Assembly: GCA_964610125.1 (NCBI GenBank)
Contig: CAZSUV010000001.1
Location: 383,877 to 447,876, forward strand
Reading direction: 5' to 3'
DNA length: 64,000 nt
Source: an uncultured Candidatus Saccharibacteria bacterium
Lineage (GTDB): Bacteria > Patescibacteriota > Dojkabacteria > SC72
The first letter of the stretch is position 1. The number at the start of each line of letters is the position of its first letter. The translations under genes and the position numbers were made by a program. This document shows positions 28,278-37,517 of the stretch, in pieces. The notes under the pieces were generated by a model. That model did not search any database, was not told the DNA's origin, and saw nothing but the letters and a program-made list of their open reading frames with translations.

Positions 28278-31031
28278 ATGAAAAAATTGTTTTTAATGAT
28301 TCTAACTTTGGCGATACTATTCTTCTCAAGATTTGAAACAGTTTTTGCATATACATATACTACATGCACTGGTGGAAGTACTTCATGTTCCTGCACTTCA
28401 GGTTCAATAGATTGCCCATGTCCTGATGGTACATGCTACATCACCTGTAACCAGAGAACATGTAGTGACTGTACAAAACAGGGATGTTGGGTAAATGGAG
28501 GCGGAATTACTTGCTATAATATAGGCACATGTACTTGCACTAGCAGCGCAGGAGGCACAAGATATCCTAACGGCTCTTCAGTTTCTTGCTGTAGTCAGAT
28601 TAATTGTAACTGTACACCAACATGTACAGCAGGTGCGTCAACTACGGTGACAGGAAGCCTATGTAGTGCTGGAACATCTAGTTGTTCACAATCAAATTCT
28701 TGTTCCTCATGTACTAGTACAGGAGCAGCTTGTTATTATCCTGAAACGAATGTAATCCCACCAACACCAAATACAATAAGCATGATTATTGATGGTAAAA
28801 CATACCAACTTTCTACCAATCCCAATAATCCAACCAAATTGAAACTTCCAAAGCTTGGAGCCTCAAATGTACAAATTACAGTTCCAACTTTTACAGCACC
28901 AGCTACATCAAGAGGTGGAGGCTATTATTTTACAGCCAACAATTATGGAATCAATGATGAATGGCGAACCTGGGTATCTTGCTCTGGTATAGCGGGTGAA
29001 GATTTCTGTACAACGGTACCAAACACAAACAATACTCAAAGTTTCGTCCCTACCTCTAAGACAATAAATCAAGTACTTAAGGAGGGAGCAACTGGAAAGA
29101 TTTCAGGAATGTATACAACTACTGATAAATGTGGCAATACATATAAATACTCTCTTCCAATAGAGGGTTACTACCTCATAGATACATTACCCCATGTCTC
29201 TCCATCACCAGATTCACCAACAAACAACACAACCATTATTGATCCTCAAGACTTAGTTCCAAGTATAGGAACAGACATTACTACAAATGCATGCCAATCC
29301 TCTACATACACAGGAAGTGAGATTAATAATCCACTTCATATTATTGCCCAAACCTCGGACACTAATACAAATGACGAAATCCAATCCTTTACCATTTGGT
29401 TAAGTCAAGATTCTTCAATTCCGACAACAACAACAATAACTTCATCATACACAGGAAGTACAAATACTGATTTGGGAATAATGATAAAGAAGAATGGCAC
29501 AGATTGGACAAATCCTTCTCTCTATGGCACAAATTCTTCATTAGATTTTGGACAAATTACTGATGGATATATAAAAATTAATAACGAAAATATAATTAGG
29601 ATATATGATCTTTCAGTAACACAAGACACAAATATAATATTTGATTACAAACTTGAATTCTTAAATAATTCAAATACTATATCAGCTCTATACCATATTT
29701 ATGGAGGAGCACTAGACACAAATATGTTTAATGACGCAACTATCGATCAAAGCTATTTTGCAAAATTTTTTGATTGGAATATTGATTTAGTAAACCCAAT
29801 CCTTGACAATATTGTTCAACAAATCCAAAATCCAACAAATACAAATCTAACTTGGTCTGTAACCGATTCTCAAAGTGGTATAGGACGCACTGTCATTAAT
29901 GGGTATCGAACTGGAGGAATAGAAACAGATACCGCAACTCTTTTTGATAAAAATAATACTAATAAGGGAGCATTGAATTTAGTGGCAAAACCACTTGATA
30001 ATGCAATAGGATTATATACAGACACAAATGCATGGATTTTTGATAATAATGCTGGAGAAACCGATCGCCTAAACATTGGTACTAACGAAGGAGGCGCTAT
30101 CGATATATATGTAACAGCATACGATAACGCATGCAATTCAACAAGTACAAGTGAAAAAATAGATTTAGACCCTTGGTTTGCCACACGAGGAGGGGCAGTA
30201 TATTCCGAGAACAATATTTCAAAAGCTCCAAAGGATGTATCGCAAGTATCAAGCCTAGATAACGTCTTCAATTCAAGAACATTGATGACGAAAAGTCTAA
30301 TAGATCTTGGAACTGAACTATTAGCTACAAGAAACACAAATATCTCGGTTCTTATTCACTCTAATAGTGGAGCTGCTAAGGCTATCCTAGCGTACGATTC
30401 AAATAATATTAAATTATATTGGTTCAACACATTGTTGGAGAAATTTAATATATTAGCGAATAAATCTTCACAATTTTCCTCTTTGACTACGCGTACTTCT
30501 ATTGATTGTACAGGGGAAACTTCATGCTATATGCATTCCACAGCCCCAACTGAAGACATACATATTCCAAAAGGTTATCAATGTGATAGACCTACCTTAT
30601 TTATATCAGAAGGAAATATTTACATTGAACCTAATATTACCAGCGATATTACAAAAGCAACGGGTTGTATATTTATAGCAAAGAATAATATATATATTGG
30701 CGCTGGAGATTATCAATCTACTGGAAGTGTAATAGAATATGATTATATAGAAGGTTTCTTAATTGCTGAAAACCAGGTAATTTTCTCTCCTGTAGATACT
30801 AATCAAACCTTACGTGATGGAATAGAAATGTTTGGTGGAATTGTGGCATTTGGATCAAATTCATTACAAGAGGGAAATGCGATTTCGATAGAGCGAAATA
30901 TGCGTTTATTCAATCAAACCAATCCCACTATAGTTTTGACATATGATAATAAATATTCATATCTTTCTACTTTTTTCTTTGGTACAGAAGCTACAATATA
31001 TAAGCAAGAAGTTGGCTTTAAATCTTTTTAG
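28278..31031 (+). CDS. Large secreted Cys-rich surface/adhesin-like protein B2 (paralog of B1)
   Basis: Signal peptide, about 23 Cys in the N-terminal region, shared SCSQSNSCSSCTSTG.ACYYPETN block and C-terminus YKQEVGFKSF. Confidence 0.85.
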   Translation: MKKLFLMILTLAILFFSRFETVFAYTYTTCTGGSTSCSCTSGSIDCPCPDGTCYITCNQRTCSDCTKQGCWVNGGGITCYNIGTCTCTSSAGGTRYPNGSSVSCCSQINCNCTPTCTAGASTTVTGSLCSAGTSSCSQSNSCSSCTSTGAACYYPETNVIPPTPNTISMIIDGKTYQLSTNPNNPTKLKLPKLGASNVQITVPTFTAPATSRGGGYYFTANNYGINDEWRTWVSCSGIAGEDFCTTVPNTNNTQSFVPTSKTINQVLKEGATGKISGMYTTTDKCGNTYKYSLPIEGYYLIDTLPHVSPSPDSPTNNTTIIDPQDLVPSIGTDITTNACQSSTYTGSEINNPLHIIAQTSDTNTNDEIQSFTIWLSQDSSIPTTTTITSSYTGSTNTDLGIMIKKNGTDWTNPSLYGTNSSLDFGQITDGYIKINNENIIRIYDLSVTQDTNIIFDYKLEFLNNSNTISALYHIYGGALDTNMFNDATIDQSYFAKFFDWNIDLVNPILDNIVQQIQNPTNTNLTWSVTDSQSGIGRTVINGYRTGGIETDTATLFDKNNTNKGALNLVAKPLDNAIGLYTDTNAWIFDNNAGETDRLNIGTNEGGAIDIYVTAYDNACNSTSTSEKIDLDPWFATRGGAVYSENNISKAPKDVSQVSSLDNVFNSRTLMTKSLIDLGTELLATRNTNISVLIHSNSGAAKAILAYDSNNIKLYWFNTLLEKFNILANKSSQFSSLTTRTSIDCTGETSCYMHSTAPTEDIHIPKGYQCDRPTLFISEGNIYIEPNITSDITKATGCIFIAKNNIYIGAGDYQSTGSVIEYDYIEGFLIAENQVIFSPVDTNQTLRDGIEMFGGIVAFGSNSLQEGNAISIERNMRLFNQTNPTIVLTYDNKYSYLSTFFFGTEATIYKQEVGFKSF

Positions 31032-31081
31032 ATAATGATATACTGAAGACTTACTTAATCTGCTCTATATAAATAATAAAT

Positions 31082-31837
31082 ATGGTCAAACCATTCCTCT
31101 ACTTTGACACCGAAACAACAGATATTCAGGTAAAAGACCTAATACAATTAGCTTTCATCACTGACTCAGAAGTTAAACTTAATATGTATTTCAAGCCAAA
31201 ACAAAATATCGCGTTTGCTGCTATGGCAGTACACCATATAACACCTGAATTTTTAGAAGATAAACCATATCTAGAAGAAGCAAAACTTCCACTTGAGAAC
31301 ATTGATCCCGACTTCATCGGCGAGACCCTTGAGGATTATTTACACTTCCTCGCAGACAAATATATATGGGTAGCACATAATGTTGATTTTGATTTAGAAG
31401 TACTCGATAGAAAAGGAATCAAGATTCCCAATAGCATATGCACGCTTAAATTAGCACGGAACATGTTCTACGAAGGAGATCACGACCTGGAAAGTTATGC
31501 ACTTCAGTATTTAAGATATTTTCTTGGTCTATACAAAAATGAGAATTTAGAGCATAACACAGCTCATGATGCTTTAAGTGATGTATATTTCCTTCGAGAT
31601 TTATTTCATTACATGCAAGCAAATAGTACATTAAGTGCCGAGAATATGATTCTCATCTCAAAAGAGCCTCAGTTTATGAGACAAATGACATTTGGTAAGT
31701 ATGCGGGAAAAACACTAGAAGACATTGCACGAACAGATAAGGGATACTTAGAATGGATAGTAGACACAATGCTAGATAAACCAGATTTACAATGGAATGC
31801 TAAAAGAGTTTTGGGAAATGGATTAACATTATTTTAA
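31082..31837 (+). CDS. DEDDh 3'-5' exonuclease (ExoX-like) with C-terminal DUF3820-like domain
   Basis: FDTETT, VAHNVDFD, AHDALSDV; C-terminal MTFGKYAGK...D.GYLEW. Confidence 0.88.
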   Translation: MVKPFLYFDTETTDIQVKDLIQLAFITDSEVKLNMYFKPKQNIAFAAMAVHHITPEFLEDKPYLEEAKLPLENIDPDFIGETLEDYLHFLADKYIWVAHNVDFDLEVLDRKGIKIPNSICTLKLARNMFYEGDHDLESYALQYLRYFLGLYKNENLEHNTAHDALSDVYFLRDLFHYMQANSTLSAENMILISKEPQFMRQMTFGKYAGKTLEDIARTDKGYLEWIVDTMLDKPDLQWNAKRVLGNGLTLF

Positions 31838-31855
31838 TTGATATACTATAAAGTA

Positions 31856-32809
31856 ATGAAACATAAACAATACCCGGCGCAAGCCTTGGCCATAGCTATG
31901 GTTGTGCTTGTTGTATCTTCAATCTTAGCAATTTCAATATATTCTCGAGTATCAAAAGACAAAACACTCTCCCTTGATGAGAGGAATTCTGCTGAAGCTT
32001 TAGAAGTATCAGACTTGATTCTTAACTATCTAACAGCATCACCAATCGAAAAAACAATTGCATTAATAGAACAAGACGGGCTTCAATCATTAGACTCAGG
32101 GATAGGAATAACATTAACTGAGAATTCAACAAAAACAGAGATAAGTGATTTGCTAAATAGTATTACAAATAATACCAATAGCATAGATAACCTGAGTATA
32201 TGCCCGTTGCCTGTATCGGATAATACATACTTCCTCAATATTAGAAAAGCCGACTTAGATACGTATTTTGAAATACGTCCAGGCCAAATAATGGTCTTAC
32301 CAATAAAAAATACCCCCCTTGGGGAAGATTGTAATACTATCGTGAGAGCAGCTGTACGAGGAGATTCAGGCGCTGGATTCACAGTCACATACATATATGC
32401 AAAGAACTATGATACAGATGGATATGCAAGAACATATAAACCATATGCTGAAGCAGATGTCTTACACTATTGTTTCGCAACTTCTGGTCAGTGCAATAAT
32501 ACCACCTCCTTTGGAGGAGGGCTAAACTGGATTCCATACCCTGGAGAGATAGTAGTGGATCTGCGAGATAATACATACTCTTCTGATGGTTATACGCTTG
32601 ACGAAGTAAAAATAACTGCTGTTGGAGGAACAATAGGAATTGCTTACAATATCCCTGCAGCCTGCACAGAAGAACTAAACATGATAAATGTCCAAGCTGG
32701 AGCCAACTGTAGTGGAACATATAGAGGAAAATCTGTTCTAATCCCTGCGAAACAGTGGGAAGTTCCACTCTTTAACTACGTACTTTTCAATGGCGAGGGC
32801 TCACTTTAG
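31856..32809 (+). CDS. PilX-like minor pilin / type IV pilus-associated protein
   Basis: Short basic leader, then AQALAIAMVVLVVSSILAISI hydrophobic helix and S.EAL..S/A motif resembling PilX N-termini. Confidence 0.55.
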   Translation: MKHKQYPAQALAIAMVVLVVSSILAISIYSRVSKDKTLSLDERNSAEALEVSDLILNYLTASPIEKTIALIEQDGLQSLDSGIGITLTENSTKTEISDLLNSITNNTNSIDNLSICPLPVSDNTYFLNIRKADLDTYFEIRPGQIMVLPIKNTPLGEDCNTIVRAAVRGDSGAGFTVTYIYAKNYDTDGYARTYKPYAEADVLHYCFATSGQCNNTTSFGGGLNWIPYPGEIVVDLRDNTYSSDGYTLDEVKITAVGGTIGIAYNIPAACTEELNMINVQAGANCSGTYRGKSVLIPAKQWEVPLFNYVLFNGEGSL

Positions 32810-32848
32810 TAACTTACAAGTTCGAAATCTAAAATATTGAATTGAAAT

Positions 32849-34552
32849 ATGCCAGCTAATAGATATTGCATAAAACTAGGCGGAGAATCTGGGCAAGGAA
32901 TTAACACTCTTGGTTTGCTTCTCAGTAAAGCCATGAAATCAATAGGATATAACATTTTTTCATATCGTGAATACCCATCCCTGATTAAAGGTGGTATAGC
33001 CTCATATCAAATTGATCTCGCAAATAAATACATAGCTTCATCCTCAAAATCATGCCATATATTGGTAATATTAGATCCTGAAGCAGTACATGAATATCTT
33101 CATTCCCTGAATGCTAATGGTATTTTACTATATGATGATAAGCAAGTAGTATTTACACAAGAAGAACAAGATTGGATAAAACAAAATAATGTTCATACCA
33201 TTTACCTAGATTCACAGGCAATGGCTGTCAATGCAGGAGGTTCTCCAATCATGTCGAATATTGTCATGACTAGCTTCCTTTGGAAGCTACTAGCGTTTAA
33301 CCCAGAAGATCTTACAAATATTGTTAAAGAGATATTTACCTCTAAAGGAGATGATGTAATAAACAAAAATATTCTCTGTTTAAATGCCGGATACAATGCT
33401 TCGGAATTCAAAGACGAATATTTACAAAATACACTCATTCCAGAACAGCTCAAGCAAGAAAATAACAGTAAAATATTAACGGGAAATGATGCAATTGCAT
33501 TAGGAGCAATATCCGCAGGAGTACGTGCATACTACGGTTACCCAATGACTCCAGCAACCACCATATTCAAATATTTAGGTAATACATATAAAGAGACAGG
33601 TATACTCATTAAACAAGCAGAAAGCGAAATTACAGCCGTACAAATGGCACTGGGAAGTATGGCCATGGGAACCAGAGCACTAACAGCAACATCAGGAGGT
33701 GGCTTTGATTTAATGCAAGAAACCATATCGTGTGCAGGAATAACAGAAACACCATTAGTCATAGTATTAGCACAAAGAATAGGGGCAGGCACAGGAGTAC
33801 CCACATGGACAGGAAGCAGTGATATCCATACAGCAGTAAAATCTGGACATGGTGAATTTCCAAAAGCAGTACTTTGTGTAAGTGATATACAATCAGGATA
33901 TATACTAATCCAACAAGCTTTCAATATCGCAGAAATATATCAAATCCCCGTAATAGTTCTAACTGAGAAGCAGATAGCTGAATCCCTCTTTACAGTCGAC
34001 ACTCTCCCGCAACCATTACAAATTCAAAGAGGAACATACGATGGAGAAAGTAGATACACGATAACCAATACAGGAATATCACCAAGATGGATACCAAGTT
34101 TTGACAAAAAACCATATCTAAATACAAGTGACGAACATAATCAAAATAGCCAAAGTACAGAAAATGGGGAAGAGATAAAAGCAATGTCAGATAAAAGGAT
34201 GCAGAAACATGCAACATTGTTAAGTAATCTACCCGAACCAACCCTCTATGGAGACCCTAATGCACCAACAGTGTTAATTGGTTGTGGAAGTACAAAAAAT
34301 CCTGTCATAGATGCAATAAATGAAGGAATGAACATTGCATACCTCCATTATGAATATCTGTATCCAACTAAAACACAAACTCTAATGAATTTAGTATCTT
34401 CTGGCAAACGAATAATCCTAGTTGAGAATAACCAAACAGGCGAATTAGGAAAGATATTAACAGAAGCTTCAGGCTATCAATTTAAGGAAAAAGTTTTAAA
34501 ATATGACGGAAGACCATTCTTCCTAGAAGATATATTAAACATACAAATATAA
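32849..34552 (+). CDS. korA: 2-oxoacid:ferredoxin oxidoreductase alpha subunit (gamma-alpha fusion)
   Basis: GGESGQGI, EYPSLIKGG, YYGYPMTPAT, QAESEI, TATSGGGF, GHGEFP, VENN.TG. Confidence 0.92.
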   Translation: MPANRYCIKLGGESGQGINTLGLLLSKAMKSIGYNIFSYREYPSLIKGGIASYQIDLANKYIASSSKSCHILVILDPEAVHEYLHSLNANGILLYDDKQVVFTQEEQDWIKQNNVHTIYLDSQAMAVNAGGSPIMSNIVMTSFLWKLLAFNPEDLTNIVKEIFTSKGDDVINKNILCLNAGYNASEFKDEYLQNTLIPEQLKQENNSKILTGNDAIALGAISAGVRAYYGYPMTPATTIFKYLGNTYKETGILIKQAESEITAVQMALGSMAMGTRALTATSGGGFDLMQETISCAGITETPLVIVLAQRIGAGTGVPTWTGSSDIHTAVKSGHGEFPKAVLCVSDIQSGYILIQQAFNIAEIYQIPVIVLTEKQIAESLFTVDTLPQPLQIQRGTYDGESRYTITNTGISPRWIPSFDKKPYLNTSDEHNQNSQSTENGEEIKAMSDKRMQKHATLLSNLPEPTLYGDPNAPTVLIGCGSTKNPVIDAINEGMNIAYLHYEYLYPTKTQTLMNLVSSGKRIILVENNQTGELGKILTEASGYQFKEKVLKYDGRPFFLEDILNIQI

Positions 34553-35409
34553 TGGCAATAGATTTAAACGAATACAACTCAAATTTGAAACCCACATGGT
34601 GCCCAGGATGTGGAAATTTCCTAATACACATGTCTTTGAAAAAAGCACTTTCCGAACTAGACATAACCCCATCACAAACATATATAGCATTCGACATTGG
34701 TTGCAATGGAAATGGAGCAGACAAAATCAATACATACGCATTTAAGGGATTACATGGAAGATCAATTCCATTAGCCACTGGATTACATTTAGCAAATAGA
34801 AAATTTACTGTAATTGCAGACTTAGGCGATGGTGCATGTTTCCATGAAGGCTTAGATCATCTGATACATGCCATCCGTTCAAACTATGACATTACAATAA
34901 TAATACATAACAACCAAAACTTTGCATTAACCACAGGACAAGCAACACTTACAACAGATGAAGAAAAACCAATGTATGGACTCCCAGATAGCAAGCCTGA
35001 GAGGACCTTAGAGCCATCTGAAATAATCCTAAGCGCTAATCCGTCCTTGTATGCACGAGGATATTCTGGAGATATGCAACAAATGACCGAACTAATCAAA
35101 GCAGGAATACAAAACAAAGGATGTAGTGTTATTGAAATCATGCAACTATGTCCAACCTACAATGAAGAATGTACTCCACAATGGTTTATGCAACGAATAC
35201 ACAAAGTTGAAGACACCAACAGAACATTAGAAGAAGCGAGAAAGATAAGTACAATTACTGATGAAAGCATAAATACTGGTATAATATATCGTAATACTGG
35301 ACTTAAAACATTCTACGAACTACTAGAAAATCGAAAAGATACACCAACCGAACTAGTAGACGAAGTAAAACAGTATGATGTCCAAAAATTATTTGACCAA
35401 TTTAAATAA
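34552..35409 (+). CDS. korB: 2-oxoacid:ferredoxin oxidoreductase beta subunit (TPP-binding)
   Basis: TWCPGCGN, IGC, LHGR, GDG...HNN..FALTTGQ, Q.CPTYN. Confidence 0.92.
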   Translation: MAIDLNEYNSNLKPTWCPGCGNFLIHMSLKKALSELDITPSQTYIAFDIGCNGNGADKINTYAFKGLHGRSIPLATGLHLANRKFTVIADLGDGACFHEGLDHLIHAIRSNYDITIIIHNNQNFALTTGQATLTTDEEKPMYGLPDSKPERTLEPSEIILSANPSLYARGYSGDMQQMTELIKAGIQNKGCSVIEIMQLCPTYNEECTPQWFMQRIHKVEDTNRTLEEARKISTITDESINTGIIYRNTGLKTFYELLENRKDTPTELVDEVKQYDVQKLFDQFK

Positions 35410-37517
35410 TGGAAAATGTAATATTCTCTCCTAAATCAATTGCAATAGTAGGTGCATCCCAAGATTCAGAAAAAATAGCTTCGGTCATATTAAAAAATCT
35501 TCTAGAAGGTGGATACAATGGGAAGGTATTTCCAATTAACCCCAAATATGAAGAAATTCAAGGAAGACAGGCATATCCCGATATTCTTTCTATTAAAGAA
35601 AATATTGATTTAGTATGTATAGCAATCCCATATCAATTTGTAGATACAATCATAGATCAGTGTATAGAGAAGAAAGTAAAATCAGTAGTTATAATTACTG
35701 CAGGATTTAAAGAAACAGGAGATGAGGGCAAAGCATTAGAATTAAAAATTGCAGAAAAATTACAAATTGCAGGAATTAGATTGCTTGGACCTAACTGTCT
35801 TGGATTCATAAACAACAAAGCCAAGATAAATCTGTCTTTTGCTAGGCAGAATCCTGGAGATGGGAATATTGCATTTGTATCACAATCAGGAGCATTTTGT
35901 ACTGCAATTCTAGATATGGCTTGTGAAAGTGGAATTGGATTCTCCCATATTATCTCCTTGGGAAATAAGGCAGATATACATGAGAACGAATTAATGCAAG
36001 ACTTACTTTTTGACAAAGAAGTAAAAGCATTAGCTTTGTATCTTGAGGAATTTGCGGATGGAAAAGAATTCATTTCCCTTGCTCAAAAGGCTAAAAAACC
36101 TATCTTACTCATAGCACCTGGTAGTTCTGAGAAAGCTAAACAAGCAATCTCATCCCATACAGGATCTCTTGCTTCATCATATGACACTATTGTTGCCGCT
36201 GTTAAAAAAGGAAACATCATTATGGCAGATAATTCAGAAGACCTCTTTGAGTTAATCATGCTCATAAACCAAGATGCTATACCAGATGGAAGAAAAATTG
36301 CAATAATAACCAATGCCGGTGGACCTGGAATACTTGCCACAGATGCAGTAGAAAAAGAGAATCTTGAGTTAACTGAAATAGGGGAAAAGACAAAGCAAAA
36401 ACTACTTAAGGTCTTGCCTAGAGAGTCAAACATTAAAGATCCTATTGATCTCCTAGGAGATGCAAAAAGCGATCGATATGAATTAGCAATAGAAACAGTA
36501 TTAGAAGAGAAAGATGTGGATTCAATATTTGCAATCTTAACACCACAGCTAATTACAGACATTGAAGGTACTGCTCAGAAGATTGTCGATATGAGTAAAC
36601 AAACATCCAAACCCATCTATGCATGTTTCTTAGGAGGGAAAGATGTAAAAGCAGGGTTTAGGATACTAAAGCATAACAATCAACCATCATTTAATGATAT
36701 TCAGGAAGGCATACACCTAATAGCCAAATTGGCAAAATTTGAAGAAAACAAAGAAAAGACAAAAGTAGTTAATTGTGAAGATTACAAAGTAAGGGCTAAG
36801 CACAAGAAAGAAGTTAGCGAATATACTAATGAGGATGAAATCAGGATATTGCCTGAGAATCTTGCTATAGCATTACTTCAGGAATTCAAAATTGATATAC
36901 CACAAGAATTAGTAACTGGGAGTATAGAAGAAGCTGTAGATTTCGCAGCAATGAATTTTCCCGTAGCAATAAAAGCTATAGCTAAAGATTTAGCACATAA
37001 AACAGATTTCAAGGGTATATATCTTGATATTAGAACTATCTCGGAATTTGAGGAAAAATTTGTGGAATTAAGAGAAAATATCTCAAAAATAACAGGTAAT
37101 CCTGCACCAGAAATTCTTGTTCAAGAAATGATAGATGGAAAAGTCGAATTCTTCATTGGTGCAAATAGAGAAGGAGATTCCCATATCTACGAAAAGAATG
37201 GAAAAGGATTTGGACATCTCTTGGCAATTGGTCAGGGAGGTATCTATACAGAGGTATATAAAGACATTAAGCATATACTTGTACCTGAAAATGATGAAAA
37301 GATTAGAGATCTATTTGATGAAACAAAGATATCTATGATTATAAATGGATATAGAGGAAAACCAGCTTTAGCAAAAGAAAAGATCTTAGATTTAATTACG
37401 AAGATAGAAAAATTGCTAATTAATTATCCTGAAATAATCTCTATGGACATCAATCCTGTAATGATAACTGAAAAACGTGCTGTTGTTGTAGATGCTAAGT
37501 TCTATGTTAAGAAATAG
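35409..37517 (+). CDS. Acetate--CoA ligase (ADP-forming), fused alpha/beta
   Basis: PKSIAIVGAS, GPNCLG, SQSGA, SHTGSLA phospho-His, TNAGGPG, HKTD, DINPV...VVDA ATP-grasp. Confidence 0.92.
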   Translation: MENVIFSPKSIAIVGASQDSEKIASVILKNLLEGGYNGKVFPINPKYEEIQGRQAYPDILSIKENIDLVCIAIPYQFVDTIIDQCIEKKVKSVVIITAGFKETGDEGKALELKIAEKLQIAGIRLLGPNCLGFINNKAKINLSFARQNPGDGNIAFVSQSGAFCTAILDMACESGIGFSHIISLGNKADIHENELMQDLLFDKEVKALALYLEEFADGKEFISLAQKAKKPILLIAPGSSEKAKQAISSHTGSLASSYDTIVAAVKKGNIIMADNSEDLFELIMLINQDAIPDGRKIAIITNAGGPGILATDAVEKENLELTEIGEKTKQKLLKVLPRESNIKDPIDLLGDAKSDRYELAIETVLEEKDVDSIFAILTPQLITDIEGTAQKIVDMSKQTSKPIYACFLGGKDVKAGFRILKHNNQPSFNDIQEGIHLIAKLAKFEENKEKTKVVNCEDYKVRAKHKKEVSEYTNEDEIRILPENLAIALLQEFKIDIPQELVTGSIEEAVDFAAMNFPVAIKAIAKDLAHKTDFKGIYLDIRTISEFEEKFVELRENISKITGNPAPEILVQEMIDGKVEFFIGANREGDSHIYEKNGKGFGHLLAIGQGGIYTEVYKDIKHILVPENDEKIRDLFDETKISMIINGYRGKPALAKEKILDLITKIEKLLINYPEIISMDINPVMITEKRAVVVDAKFYVKK

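Noticed and set aside
23096-31031. Diversity-generating retroelement or CRISPR array explaining the repeats
   Set aside because: No reverse transcriptase, no adenine-specific TR/VR pair noticed and no regularly spaced short repeats; similarity is gene-scale paralogy
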